Assembly (NCBI GenBank): GCA_963713975.1
Contig: OY970218.1
Coordinates: forward strand, 2,048,001 to 2,112,000
Length of the DNA stretch: 64,000 bases
Source: an uncultured Chloroflexia bacterium
GTDB taxonomy: Bacteria > Chloroflexota > Limnocylindria > Limnocylindrales > CSP1-4
Reading direction: 5' to 3'
A program made the position numbers and the translations under genes. Below, in pieces: positions 29,116 to 39,004 of this stretch. Below the pieces are notes generated by a model that ran no database searches, had not been told where the DNA came from, and saw only the letters and a program-made list of their open reading frames with translations. Numbering within the stretch: position 1 is the first letter of the stretch; each line of letters begins with the position of its first letter.

Positions 29116-29784
29116 TCAGGCTGTCTTCGTCCCGGCGGCCGCGAAGGTCATCGCCCGCTGGAGGGCGGCGCCCCTGAGGTCGGCTGCGATCGCCACCGGG
29201 CCACCCAGTGCCCGGGCGTTGATCGCCGCCTGGGCCGCCTCCTCCACGATGCCGCCCACCATGATGGCAAGCTCCGGCGTGCGGTGGAACACGAGGACCC
29301 CGTGGTTGGCCAGCAGCACGGCGGGCACACCGGGACGCACCGCCAAGCGGATGTTGGCCACGGCCTCGGCCGAGCCCCGAGGCCCATACGCGGCGACGGG
29401 GACCCCGTCGGCAAGGCCGAACATGGCGAGCGCCTCGATCCAGCAGTCGATCGGCTGCCGGGCGACGGCGAAGGCGGTGGCATAGGGCGAGTGGGTATGG
29501 ACGACGCAGCCGACATCGGCGTTGTCCTCGTACATGGCGGCGTGCATCGCCACGACCGCCCCCTGGATCGGGGGCAGGCTGCCCTCGATCAGCGTGCCGT
29601 CCAGCCCCACCCTGGCGATACCCACCGGCCCAAGCCCTCTCAGTGAGGAGGCGGAGGTGAAGTACATCTCCTCGGCCCCGGGGACGCGGATGCTCACGTT
29701 GCCGTGCCCGTTCGCCGCGATCGCGCCACTGCCGAGGACGCTCGACGCGGCGGCCAACACCTGGTCTACGACCGTCCTGTCCAC
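29116..29784 (-). CDS. Class II aldolase/adducin family protein
   Basis: GNVSIR, H..MY, VVHTHSPYATAFA, LLANHG; start approximate. Confidence 0.9.
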   Translation of the reverse strand: MDRTVVDQVLAAASSVLGSGAIAANGHGNVSIRVPGAEEMYFTSASSLRGLGPVGIARVGLDGTLIEGSLPPIQGAVVAMHAAMYEDNADVGCVVHTHSPYATAFAVARQPIDCWIEALAMFGLADGVPVAAYGPRGSAEAVANIRLAVRPGVPAVLLANHGVLVFHRTPELAIMVGGIVEEAAQAAINARALGGPVAIAADLRGAALQRAMTFAAAGTKTA

Positions 29785-29894
29785 GACCACGCTCCACACA
29801 ACGGTCGGCGCCTGCAACTGGATGCTGCGGGACGCAGGCCCAGAGGGTAGTCGAACGGCCTGCTCGCCGCTCGAAACGGGAGTAGGCTCCGCCC

Positions 29895-31115
29895 ATGGAT
29901 AGCGTCCCCGTCCTGGTCATCGGCGGTGGGTCGGCCGGCCTGGCAATCAGCCACGAGCTCGGCGGTCGCGGGATCGACCACGTCGTCCTGGAGCGCGGCC
30001 GGATCGGCCAGGCATGGCGGGATCGATGGGACAGCTTCTGCCTTGTCACGCCGAACTGGTCCATCCGGCTCCCTGGCGGGAGCTACGCGGGGGACGATCC
30101 CGACGGTTTCATGCCCAGGGACGAGATCGTCGACCACCTCCGCAGATATGCGGCCGCCTCGGGGTCACCGGTGCGGGAAGGCGTCGACGTCCTGACGATC
30201 GACCGGACGTCGGGAGGCTTCATCGCCCGGACGTCGGTCGGAGACCTGCGGTCCCGCCGCGTGGTCCTGTGCACGGGGGCGTTCCAGCAGGCCCACCGCC
30301 CCGCAGGGGCGGACTCGTTGCCCTCGGGCCTGCTGCAGATCGACGCCGAGGGCTACCGGAACGCGGACGACCTGCCTCCGGGCCCCGTCCTGATCGTCGG
30401 CAGCGGACAGTCGGGCGCACAGCTGGCCGAGGAGCTGACCGACGCCGGCCGCGACGTGGTCCTCTCATGCGGGAGGGCCCCGTGGGCGCCGCGCCGCTTG
30501 GGCGACCGCGACCTCTTCTGGTGGCTCACGCAGTCGGGCTTCATGGATCAGCCGGTCGCCACCCTGCCGTCTCCTGCCGCCCGCCTCCTCTCGAACCCTC
30601 TGGCGAGCGGCCACGAGGGCGGCCACGACCTGCACCTCCGGACGCTGCGTGCGAAGGGGGTAACGCTCGCCGGTCGCTTCCAGGGGGCCGGTGGCGCCGA
30701 GGCCCGCTTCGCGCCGAACCTGTCGGAGTCCGTGGCATGGGGCGACGATCGTTACCGGGAGCTCCGCTCCTTGTTCGGCGATGTCGCCGCGCGGTTGGGC
30801 GTGCAGCCGCCGGAAATGCCTGACCCGGAGCCGTTCGACGACCGGGCGCCCGAAACCGTGTCGCTGAAGGGTTTCGGCGCGGTCGTCTTCACCGGGGGCT
30901 TCCGGCCCGACTACCGATCATGGCTACCCTGGCCGGACGCGTTCGACGAGGTCGGCTTCCCGATCCAGCAGGACGGTGCAAGCACCACGGTGGACGGGCT
31001 CTACTTCGTGGGCGTCCACTTCCTGCGGACGCGCAAGTCGTCGATCCTCCTTGGTGTCGGCGAGGACGCGGCGGTCGTCGCAGGGACCATCGACACCAGC
31101 ATGGCCGCGGGCTGA
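29895..31115 (+). CDS. Flavin-containing monooxygenase-like oxidoreductase
   Basis: GGGSAG, W..RWDSFCLVTPNW, VGSGQSG.Q, GLYFVG. Confidence 0.88.
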   Translation: MDSVPVLVIGGGSAGLAISHELGGRGIDHVVLERGRIGQAWRDRWDSFCLVTPNWSIRLPGGSYAGDDPDGFMPRDEIVDHLRRYAAASGSPVREGVDVLTIDRTSGGFIARTSVGDLRSRRVVLCTGAFQQAHRPAGADSLPSGLLQIDAEGYRNADDLPPGPVLIVGSGQSGAQLAEELTDAGRDVVLSCGRAPWAPRRLGDRDLFWWLTQSGFMDQPVATLPSPAARLLSNPLASGHEGGHDLHLRTLRAKGVTLAGRFQGAGGAEARFAPNLSESVAWGDDRYRELRSLFGDVAARLGVQPPEMPDPEPFDDRAPETVSLKGFGAVVFTGGFRPDYRSWLPWPDAFDEVGFPIQQDGASTTVDGLYFVGVHFLRTRKSSILLGVGEDAAVVAGTIDTSMAAG

Positions 31116-31148
31116 CGCCGTAGCCTGGACCAGGGCCCCCTCGAGCCG

Positions 31149-32435
31149 TCAGCGGTGCAGGTTGTGCGCCGCCACGAAGCTCAGGCCGTGCTCGGTCAGC
31201 GCCCGGGCCGTGTGGTTCGTGGCGTCCAGCTTGTCGGTGAAGTCGTCTGCGAGGGCATCCCAGTCACCGCTCGCGATCACCTCGTCCTTGTCCCGGAAGT
31301 AGTCCAGGATGTCCGACGGATGGGGGTGCGCGGCATCGACCGCGGGATCGCCGCCCTCGTGCTTGGCCGAGATGTTGGCCACGTGGTCCGCAAGCTCGAT
31401 GAGCTCCTCGCGGCGGTCGTACGGCTGGCGCACGATGCTCTTCTGCGTCTCCGTGATGTGGTGCTCGAAGCGCACCGCGTCCTCGAACCCCAGCGCGCGC
31501 CGGATGTCGGCCGCGATCTCCAGGGTCTGGTTGTCCACCGAGTTGCTCCAGTTGAACCCCACCAGCGGTGTGGTGCCGTCCTCGCGGGCGAACAGCTTTG
31601 CCCCCACGAGCGTCCACAGCCCGGCGAACGGGTTGTCGTTGCCCATGAACACGGAGATCTTGAACTCGATGTCCACGCCCAGGCGGTACAGCAGGTAGCC
31701 CGCGAGGACCGTGCCCGGGTTCAGGTTGAGCACCTGCCGGACGCCGTACTCCGTGTAGTAGTGGAGGAACTCGTCCACCCACATCAGGGGATGGTCGTTT
31801 GGCTGGCCGACGCCGCCGAAGTAGCCGGTGATCGTAGCCGCACCGTCGAGATGGACGTTGGAGCCGTCGGTGCCCTTGGTGTCGAGCGTCTCGACGACGC
31901 TGGCGCCGATGATCTGCATCGCCGCCGCCACCGCCGCCAGGTCGCCGTCCGCCTCCTGCTCCTTCATCTTGCGAACCCTGATCCAGCGCCCCGGCATGAG
32001 CGAGCGGTCCGCCATCGCACGCCGGGCCGCGGCGATGACCCACGGGAAGTACTGGAGGGAGCTGACCTCGAGGGTCACGGCCATGTCGTCGCGGAAGGTC
32101 ATCGTGGCGGCCCGGTCGCCAAGGACATCGCGCCGGAAGTCCGCCACGCTGACGAACATGCCCCGCTCGCGCTGCTCGGTGAGCCACTCGAGATCCGCCA
32201 GGTAGTCCGGCCGCGTGGAGCGCACCCGGTCCAGCAGGGCCGGGAGCTGCCCCGCGTCACGGGCCCGGCGATTGATCTCCTCCGGGGTGCCGTAGCGGGC
32301 CACGACCTCCAGCAGGTCGTTGACGATCCGCGAATCCGGGTCCAGCAGGAACGCGTTGAGATCGTCGAGCCGGTTGCCGGGGATTGCCAGCCTGTCGCGC
32401 GGGCCCGCGCCGGGCTCGGTGGGCATCGTCGTCAT
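31149..32435 (-). CDS. Hypothetical soluble protein (428 aa) downstream of panB
   Basis: Natural composition, GAGGAG RBS, enzyme-like motifs ETLDTKGTDGSN, GYFGGVGQPND, EHHITE, KHEGG; family not recognised. Confidence 0.85.
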   Translation of the reverse strand: MTTMPTEPGAGPRDRLAIPGNRLDDLNAFLLDPDSRIVNDLLEVVARYGTPEEINRRARDAGQLPALLDRVRSTRPDYLADLEWLTEQRERGMFVSVADFRRDVLGDRAATMTFRDDMAVTLEVSSLQYFPWVIAAARRAMADRSLMPGRWIRVRKMKEQEADGDLAAVAAAMQIIGASVVETLDTKGTDGSNVHLDGAATITGYFGGVGQPNDHPLMWVDEFLHYYTEYGVRQVLNLNPGTVLAGYLLYRLGVDIEFKISVFMGNDNPFAGLWTLVGAKLFAREDGTTPLVGFNWSNSVDNQTLEIAADIRRALGFEDAVRFEHHITETQKSIVRQPYDRREELIELADHVANISAKHEGGDPAVDAAHPHPSDILDYFRDKDEVIASGDWDALADDFTDKLDATNHTARALTEHGLSFVAAHNLHR

Positions 32436-32478
32436 GGTCGTCTCCTCGCCGGGATCGGGGGCGCCTGCGGGCGAAGGG

Positions 32479-33333
32479 TCAGTCGAGCAGGGTGAGCAGC
32501 TCGTCGTATTCGTCGTCCTTCATGCCGAACCAGTTCGCGGGGGCGGGGAAGGTTCGCTCCGTGACCTCGCCCACGTACGCCGCGAGACCCTCCCGGATCA
32601 CCGCTCCGGCGTCGGCGAAGACCTTGGCCATCCGGGGCGTGAACTTCGGGTACAGCCCGAACGCGTCGTGGTAGATCAGCAGCTGGCCGTGGGCGTCCGG
32701 CCCGGATCCCAGGCCCATGACGATGGCCCCCTGGGCGCGATCCTTGATCAGGCCGCACAGGCGGTCCGGCACGAGCTCCAGGAGGATGCAGAAGGCGCCA
32801 GCCTCTTCGAGGATCCGCGCGTCGTCCACGATCTTCTTCGCCTTCGCGGCGCTCTTGCCCTGCAGCCGGAACCCGCCGAGGGAGCCCGCGCTCTGGGGGG
32901 TGAGCCCCAGGTGGCCGATGACCGGGATCCCCGCCCGCGCGATGCCGGCAATGCGGTCCGCCATCTCGGCGCCGCCCTCCAGCTTGACCGCGTCACACCC
33001 GGTCTCGGCCATGAACCGGCCGGCATTGCGGATCGCCGTCTCGACGCTGGGCTGGTAGCTCATGTACGGCATGTCGCCCACGATCCAGGCGTTGGGGGCT
33101 CCGCGCCGCACCGCCGCCGTGTGCCGGATCATGTCGTCCATCGTCACCGGCAGCGTGGAGTCGTACCCGAGCATCGTCATGCCCAGGCTGTCGCCCACGA
33201 GGATCATGTCGATGCCGGCCTGGTCCTGGAGATAGGCGGTCGGGTAGTCGTAGCAGGTCAGCCAGGTGATCGGCGTCCCCTGCGCCGCCTTCTCGATCAA
33301 CCCCGGCAGGGTCATCCGCTTCCGTTCGGTCAC
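32479..33333 (-). CDS. panB: 3-methyl-2-oxobutanoate hydroxymethyltransferase
   Basis: LTCYD, LVGDSLGM, GDMPYMSY, AVKLEGG, GHLGLTPQ. Confidence 0.93.
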   Translation of the reverse strand: MTERKRMTLPGLIEKAAQGTPITWLTCYDYPTAYLQDQAGIDMILVGDSLGMTMLGYDSTLPVTMDDMIRHTAAVRRGAPNAWIVGDMPYMSYQPSVETAIRNAGRFMAETGCDAVKLEGGAEMADRIAGIARAGIPVIGHLGLTPQSAGSLGGFRLQGKSAAKAKKIVDDARILEEAGAFCILLELVPDRLCGLIKDRAQGAIVMGLGSGPDAHGQLLIYHDAFGLYPKFTPRMAKVFADAGAVIREGLAAYVGEVTERTFPAPANWFGMKDDEYDELLTLLD

Positions 33334-33466
33334 CGTGGTCTCCCGTGCTTCCAACGCTGTTCAGCCCGATGATCGTTTGCCGATGCCACCGGGCGGGATA
33401 GGGCCCTTGGGCCCGACATCTGGTGACCGCTCACGGTCCGGGTTCCGCGCTGCCGAGCAGCGGGCA

Positions 33467-34144
33467 TCAGGCCAGCCCGAGGGCGGCCCGCACCTCGGCC
33501 GGGATCGCCGTGAAGTCCGGCGCGACGGCCATGGCGCCCTCCGCCAGCAGCACCTCGCCGGGTTGCGAGGAGGTGATCCCCAGCACTGAACAACCGGCCG
33601 CTCGCCCGGCCTGCACACCGTTTCGTGCATCCTCGATCACGAGGCAGCGCGAGGCGGGCAGCCCCAGTCGTTCGACGGCGAGCAGGAACGTCTCTGGGTC
33701 CGGCTTCTTGTGCGTCACGTGCTCCGCCGAGATGAGGACATCGAAGGTCGACTCCGGGATGCCGATGGCGTCCAGGTTGCCGTTCAGCTTGGGTCGGTCG
33801 GAGCTGGTGGCAAGGGCCAGGCGCAGGCCGGCCGCCCGGGCCTCGGCGATGAAGGCGTGGATGCCCGCGATCGGCTGCAGGGCACCCGGGATCAGCTCCA
33901 GGTAGACCTCGTACGTCAGCGGCTTGTCGATGGCGAGGTCCACGGTCACGCCGTGACGCGCCGCCGCCCCGCTGATGAACCGGTCCTCGCCCGTGCCCAC
34001 GAACGGCAGGAAGTCCTCGCGTGTCGCGCTGATCCCGTAGCGCCGCCGGAGCGCCTCCGCGGCGGCCGCCGCGATGAACGGCTCGGAGTCGCAGAGCACG
34101 CCGTCCATGTCGAAGAGCAGGGCGTCGTAGGCTTGGGAGGGCAT
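33467..34144 (-). CDS. HAD family phosphatase (beta-PGM/CbbY-like)
   Basis: FDMDGVL.DSE, ATSS, KPDPE, IEDA.NG. Confidence 0.92.
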   Translation of the reverse strand: MPSQAYDALLFDMDGVLCDSEPFIAAAAAEALRRRYGISATREDFLPFVGTGEDRFISGAAARHGVTVDLAIDKPLTYEVYLELIPGALQPIAGIHAFIAEARAAGLRLALATSSDRPKLNGNLDAIGIPESTFDVLISAEHVTHKKPDPETFLLAVERLGLPASRCLVIEDARNGVQAGRAAGCSVLGITSSQPGEVLLAEGAMAVAPDFTAIPAEVRAALGLA

Positions 34145-34219
34145 GCCGCGAACCTAGCACGGGCCTGTGATCCGCGGCACGCCGCAGGCGCACCAGCCCC
34201 AAGTCCGAAGGGAGAGCGA

Positions 34220-34846
34220 GTGGGACGAAGCCGTTCGCTGCTCGCAGCCGCCCTCGCCCTGGCCTTGGCGGCGTGCGGATCAGGCGCGGGATCCGCTGTC
34301 CCGTCCGGTCCCGGCGGGACCTCGGCGCCGGGCGCTCCCACGACGCCGCCGGAATCGACCGGCCTCGATGGCCGGCTGGCGGCGATCGATGACGCCATCA
34401 CCCGCTGGCAGGCTGCGCCCGCCCTGACCGAGGCGCGCGCGGCGGCCGAGGCGGCCCGCAACCTGGTCGTGGGACCGGACGGCCCGTACTACGGCGATGC
34501 CGATGGTGATGGCACGGTGGGCGGGGCGAGCGAGATCGGGCTCCTGCCGGGCGCCGGTGGCCTGCGCGGCCTGGCGACCGAGGCCGAAGGAGCGTGCGTG
34601 GTGCGGGACGTCCTGGGCGGCAGCTGGTCGGACCCGGCGGCACGATGGGCGACGCTGGACGCGGCGATCGAGGCATGGAGCCCGTCCAACAACACGTTCC
34701 CGGCGCTGCCGTCGCACCCCCAGCGCATCGTCGGCTGGTCCACGCTTGCGCTCGGCACGGACGACCTCGCCACGGCCCTGGAGTACAGCGGACACGCCCG
34801 GCTGCACATCGACATCTCGACGGCGGCCATCACGAACTGCCGCTGA
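34220..34846 (+). CDS. Lipoprotein of unknown function
   Basis: Signal peptide with LAAC lipobox, Pro/Gly linker, DADGDG motif. Confidence 0.75.
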   Translation: MGRSRSLLAAALALALAACGSGAGSAVPSGPGGTSAPGAPTTPPESTGLDGRLAAIDDAITRWQAAPALTEARAAAEAARNLVVGPDGPYYGDADGDGTVGGASEIGLLPGAGGLRGLATEAEGACVVRDVLGGSWSDPAARWATLDAAIEAWSPSNNTFPALPSHPQRIVGWSTLALGTDDLATALEYSGHARLHIDISTAAITNCR

Positions 34847-34887
34847 ACGTCGGACCGGCTACGCGGGCAGGGCCGCGCTCGCCCGGG

Positions 34888-35337
34888 TCAGGCCGGCACG
34901 GGGCGGGAGCGCGGGAGCGCACCGACCTGGAGCATCAGGCCGACCTGGTCGGCGATCCCCCAGTGCTCGACCGCGATCCCGTCCTCGAAGCGCAGGATGT
35001 CGATCACGTCGACCTCCACGGGCAGGCCGCTCGGGGGATTGCCCATCACGGACCCGGTGTTGATGCCGCGGGCGCGGTTGCGCGTCCAGACGGTGTCCCC
35101 GCTGACGGCGAGATCCTGGACCGTGAGCGAGAAGTCGGACATCCAGCGGTGGAGCGTGCGCGATACCTCCTTCGCGCCCTCGCGGCCGCCATGGTTGCCA
35201 CGCTGGTGCTCGACGACGTCCTCGGCCATGAGATCGTCGAAGACGGACAGGTCGCCCTGCCCGATCCCGATCTCGACCAGGCGGCGGGTGCGGTCGGCGA
35301 GGTCGGCGGTCGCGTGGGGAGTCGCTTCGGTGGTCAT
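34888..35337 (-). CDS. SnoaL-like ester cyclase (NTF2 fold)
   Basis: GDTVWTR...G.NTG..MG.PPSG..V....IDILRFEDG..VEHW. Confidence 0.9.
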   Translation of the reverse strand: MTTEATPHATADLADRTRRLVEIGIGQGDLSVFDDLMAEDVVEHQRGNHGGREGAKEVSRTLHRWMSDFSLTVQDLAVSGDTVWTRNRARGINTGSVMGNPPSGLPVEVDVIDILRFEDGIAVEHWGIADQVGLMLQVGALPRSRPVPA

Positions 35338-35353
35338 TGGAACGCTCCTTCGT

Positions 35354-35391
35354 TAGAGTGGAACTCTATTCAGATAGAGTGATACTCTATC
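35354..35391. promoter_or_regulatory. Tandem TetR-type operators TAGAGT-N3-ACTCTA
   Basis: Perfect palindromes at 35354-35368 and 35375-35389 between the divergent SnoaL and TetR genes. Confidence 0.85.
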
Positions 35392-35394
35392 GAG

Positions 35395-36024
35395 ATGGAG
35401 GATGTCAAGCGCGGGTCCACACCGAGGCGGACGACCTTGCGCGACGAGCGGGCCCAGGTCACCCGGGAGCGCATCGCGGATGCCGCCCGCCGGCTCTTCG
35501 TCCGCGACGGCTACGCCGCGACCACCCTGACCGACATCGCGGCCGAGGCGGGCGTCGCCGTCCAGACCGTCTACGCGGTCTACGGCTCCAAGGCGGGCAT
35601 CCTGGGGGCGCTCCGCGAGTCAGCGATGGCCCAGCCCGACGCGGAGGCGCTGTACGCCGAGGCCATGGTCGAGCCGTCCGCCCGGCGCCGCATGGAGCTC
35701 TTCGCACGATCCATACGGCTGCGCTGGCAGGGTTCGGGCGACGTGGCGGCCATCCACCGGGATGCCGCGACCGCGGACGCCGGGATCCGCGCCGGGGTCG
35801 CGGTGACGCTGGAGCGTCGCCGAGGCGGCATCCGGGCGCTCGCAGAACGGTTGGGACCGGACCTGCGACGGGGGATCGATGTCGCGAGCGCGGCGGCGAT
35901 CCTCGATTCGCTGACCCTGCCGGAGGTGTACTCGGAGCTGGTGGACGTCCACGGCTGGGCACCCGATGCCTTCGAGGCGTGGCTCACCGCCGCCCTCGCG
36001 CGCGAGCTGCTGGGCGCGGACTGA
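35395..36024 (+). CDS. TetR/AcrR family regulator
   Basis: TRERIADAARRLF...GY..TT..DIAAEAGVAVQTVYAVYGSK. Confidence 0.93.
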   Translation: MEDVKRGSTPRRTTLRDERAQVTRERIADAARRLFVRDGYAATTLTDIAAEAGVAVQTVYAVYGSKAGILGALRESAMAQPDAEALYAEAMVEPSARRRMELFARSIRLRWQGSGDVAAIHRDAATADAGIRAGVAVTLERRRGGIRALAERLGPDLRRGIDVASAAAILDSLTLPEVYSELVDVHGWAPDAFEAWLTAALARELLGAD

Positions 36025-36067
36025 CTCCAGCACTGGCACCGTCGCCGCGGACGGGTATGCTGCGTCC

Positions 36068-36529
36068 GTGGGTGATCAGGTGAGGCTATCCGGCGACGAT
36101 TGGGAGGCCCTCCTCCGCCTGCCGTTCGCCGCGTACTCCGCCGCCTCCCAGGCGGGCGAGGCGGCCGGCGCTGCGCAGTTCCGTCGATTCCACGAGGAGC
36201 TCGACGCCGGCCGGGCGGCGTTTGCCGAGGGGACCACGGGCGCTAGCCTCACCGACGCGCTGGCGGCGAACCCCGACACCCTGTGGTCCGCCTACCACGC
36301 GGAAGGTAAGTCGCCCGAGGATGCGGCCAAGCGGGGCATGAAGGTGCTGCGCAAGGTTCCCGAAGCCGAGTCGATCGCCATCCGGGACTGGCTGCTGCTG
36401 GTGGCCCTCCGCGTGGCCGCCGCCTACCGGGTGGTCGGTGAGGAGCCCGTCTCCCGGGACGAGGCCTACGCGATCCGCGATCTCGCCAAGTGGCTCGACC
36501 GCCCGCTCCCGGAGTTCGACCAGGCCTAG
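36068..36529 (+). CDS. Hypothetical helical protein (possibly TerB-like)
   Basis: DDWEALLRLP...VAAA...VSRDEAYAIRDLA; TATGCT -10 box 6 nt before GTG. Confidence 0.65.
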   Translation: MGDQVRLSGDDWEALLRLPFAAYSAASQAGEAAGAAQFRRFHEELDAGRAAFAEGTTGASLTDALAANPDTLWSAYHAEGKSPEDAAKRGMKVLRKVPEAESIAIRDWLLLVALRVAAAYRVVGEEPVSRDEAYAIRDLAKWLDRPLPEFDQA

Positions 36530-36685
36530 GACGGCCCGCTGCCCGGGTCGCGGCCGCTGGCGATCACCGACTGACACGGTCCCGGTCATCGGGCACCAAA
36601 CTCCCGTGCCATCTGACCTGCGGAGGCGATGGTCGCGTTCCATAGACTCCAACCCTGAGCTGGATCGAGGAAGGTTGGGGGTCCC

Positions 36686-38989
36686 ATGCGCCGTGCAGGC
36701 CTGCTGGTCGTGTTCGCCCTGGTTGTGAGCCTGCTGCCCACGGGGATCGGGGGATCGCCCGTGCCGGCCGCGATCGCAGCGGAGCCCACGGCTGAACCCG
36801 CGCCAACTGCGCAACCGGAGCCCACCGCGCAACTGGAGCCGACCGCGCGACCGGAGCCGACCGGAGTGCCCGGCCCCACCGTCGAACCGGTCCCGGTCCC
36901 CCAGGCCGAAGCTACGCCCGCTGTCGTCCCATCCGAGCCGGCGACGATGCCCACCGCTGCCAGCCCGGCGGTGACCCCGGAGCACTCTGGGCTACCGGAA
37001 CCCGGCGTGGGTGTCGCGCCCGACGGCAACCTGCGGCTTGAGGCGATCGACGAGCCCACCGTCACGTTCATCTACGCCCCGCCGAGCGAGCTTGTCGTGA
37101 ATAGGGAAGCGACGATCCAGGCGTGGTTGTACCCGAACGCCACTGGGGGTGACTTCGCACTGGAGATTGACGGCACCGTCGTCGACACCGCGCCCGCCGT
37201 GATTGGCTTCGTGGCGCTCCACTGGCGGCCAGCCGTCGTGGGTCCCGTCGTCATGACGGTCAGCTACAGCGGAGCTACCGGGCTTGCTCCATCCACGTCC
37301 GACCCGGTCAACGTCGCGATCGTGAGCCCCTATCCAACCAGGGTGGACGTGAGCGTCAGCCCGACCTACACGGTGGTCCGGAACACGCCGGCGCATCTGA
37401 CCGCAACCGTTGTCCCGGACCCGGGCGCCGGCACCGTCGACTTCTACGTGGACGGTGTCGTCGTGGGTTCGAGCGACCTCACCGACGGCTCGGCGACGTT
37501 TGACGTATCGATTGCGGATGTCGGCTACCACTCGATCGCGGCCCGGTTCAACGGCAACAGCAGCTGGTCCGCGAGGTCCGGCAATGCGCCGGCACGGCTG
37601 ATGGTGATCGGCGATCCGATCACCCTGGGCCTGTCAGTTGCGAGCGATCCCTTGCCGTCCGGGCCGGTAACGGTCAAGGCAGCCCTGGGTGCGGATCCCG
37701 GCGGTGGAACCATCTACTGGGAGATCGAGTACTCGGGGCTGTCCGGATCGGCTCCGGTCGGACCGGGCGGCGTGACCGAGCTCAGCCTCGGGACCTTCTC
37801 CGGCACCTACCTGCGGGTGCTCGCGAGCTTCGATGGCTATGGCACCTGGGGTCCTGCCAGCAGCACGCTTGCGTTCCAGGTGGGGATCAATACGAGCACG
37901 TCGATCACGAGCAATCGCTCCACGGCCGTCGCCGGCGAGCTGCCGGTCACGCTCACGGCAACGGTAGACGAGGCGGGCGACAACACGAGCGTGACCTTCC
38001 TCGATGACGTCGGCGGGAGCATCATCGAGCTCGGGCCGGTCCCCATCGACAGCGCCGGGACGGCGAAGCTGACGACCAGCGGCCTGCGGGTGGGCACGCA
38101 CTCGATCCGGGCGCGCTACAACGGCGACAACTGGCTCATGCCCTCGGTCAGTGAGCCGATCACCGTGACGATCGTTGCTGACACGTCGGTCCATGCAACC
38201 TTCAAGGCGTCGCTCGCCAAGCTGTATGCGCACAAGGACGGGTACCGGGACACAGTGTCCCTGGGTGGTGTCCTTGACGAGCGCGCATCCGTCACCGTGA
38301 AGGTCTACGCGAGCAGTGGCTCTCTCAAGAGGACGTGGAGCCTGGGCTGGAAGAACGCGGGCGCCTACGGCCTGTCGTGGAACGGCCGGACCTCGGGCGG
38401 CAAGGCGCTTCCGGCGGGCAAGTACACCGCCAAGGCGACCTTCAAGGACGTCAAGGGCCACCTCCGGACGATCACCGTCTCGACAGCGTTGAGCTGGCGC
38501 CAGGCGAAATGGGTCACGGCCACCACCGTCGTCAGGTACGGCGACCAGCTCAGCTACTTCGGGACCGACGGTAGCGGGCTCTACTACAGCGAGGACTACA
38601 GCCGCGGCGCCATCCTGGACGCAGGCTCGATGAGCCGCGACTGCGAGCCGTCATGCAACGAGATCTGGGGCACGGCCACATTCGGGCTGCGAAGCAAGAG
38701 CGTCCTCGATTACCGGCGCGTGGACGTCCAGGTCACCGGCCACGGCTTCACGGACCGGGAGCACTCGGGGACGGGCTACATCGTCAACCCGGCGACAGGC
38801 GGCTGGATGATGGAGCTGTCCCTGCCGGAGTACATCCAGTCGGGCGTCACCCACCACTACACGGTGTCGAAGTCGCAGATCAGCGCCGCCCGGAAGGTAA
38901 CGATCATCGTCTACTGCACCGAGATGTGGGGCGACGCGTTCGATCTCCACCACCTCAAGCTGACGTACCAGTACGCGGTCTGGAAGTAG
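36686..38989 (+). CDS. Secreted surface protein with Ig-like (Big_3-type) repeats and a FlgD-like Ig domain
   Basis: Signal peptide, EPTA-rich linker, repeated TLTATV...G.V.F...G.HSI.A.YNG, DGYRDT...WNGRT..G..LPAGKY. Confidence 0.85.
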   Translation: MRRAGLLVVFALVVSLLPTGIGGSPVPAAIAAEPTAEPAPTAQPEPTAQLEPTARPEPTGVPGPTVEPVPVPQAEATPAVVPSEPATMPTAASPAVTPEHSGLPEPGVGVAPDGNLRLEAIDEPTVTFIYAPPSELVVNREATIQAWLYPNATGGDFALEIDGTVVDTAPAVIGFVALHWRPAVVGPVVMTVSYSGATGLAPSTSDPVNVAIVSPYPTRVDVSVSPTYTVVRNTPAHLTATVVPDPGAGTVDFYVDGVVVGSSDLTDGSATFDVSIADVGYHSIAARFNGNSSWSARSGNAPARLMVIGDPITLGLSVASDPLPSGPVTVKAALGADPGGGTIYWEIEYSGLSGSAPVGPGGVTELSLGTFSGTYLRVLASFDGYGTWGPASSTLAFQVGINTSTSITSNRSTAVAGELPVTLTATVDEAGDNTSVTFLDDVGGSIIELGPVPIDSAGTAKLTTSGLRVGTHSIRARYNGDNWLMPSVSEPITVTIVADTSVHATFKASLAKLYAHKDGYRDTVSLGGVLDERASVTVKVYASSGSLKRTWSLGWKNAGAYGLSWNGRTSGGKALPAGKYTAKATFKDVKGHLRTITVSTALSWRQAKWVTATTVVRYGDQLSYFGTDGSGLYYSEDYSRGAILDAGSMSRDCEPSCNEIWGTATFGLRSKSVLDYRRVDVQVTGHGFTDREHSGTGYIVNPATGGWMMELSLPEYIQSGVTHHYTVSKSQISAARKVTIIVYCTEMWGDAFDLHHLKLTYQYAVWK

Positions 38990-39004
38990 CGTTGGCCCCG
39001 GACG

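Noticed and set aside
12062-31115. Vitamin B6 degradation pathway (GMC, SDR, class II aldolase, flavoprotein)
   Set aside because: The aldolase and flavoprotein lie outside the operon, and no lactonase or MHPCO-type oxygenase was recognised.
36580-36685. Hairpins upstream of the surface protein as a riboswitch
   Set aside because: Short stems are expected at this GC content; no known consensus matched.
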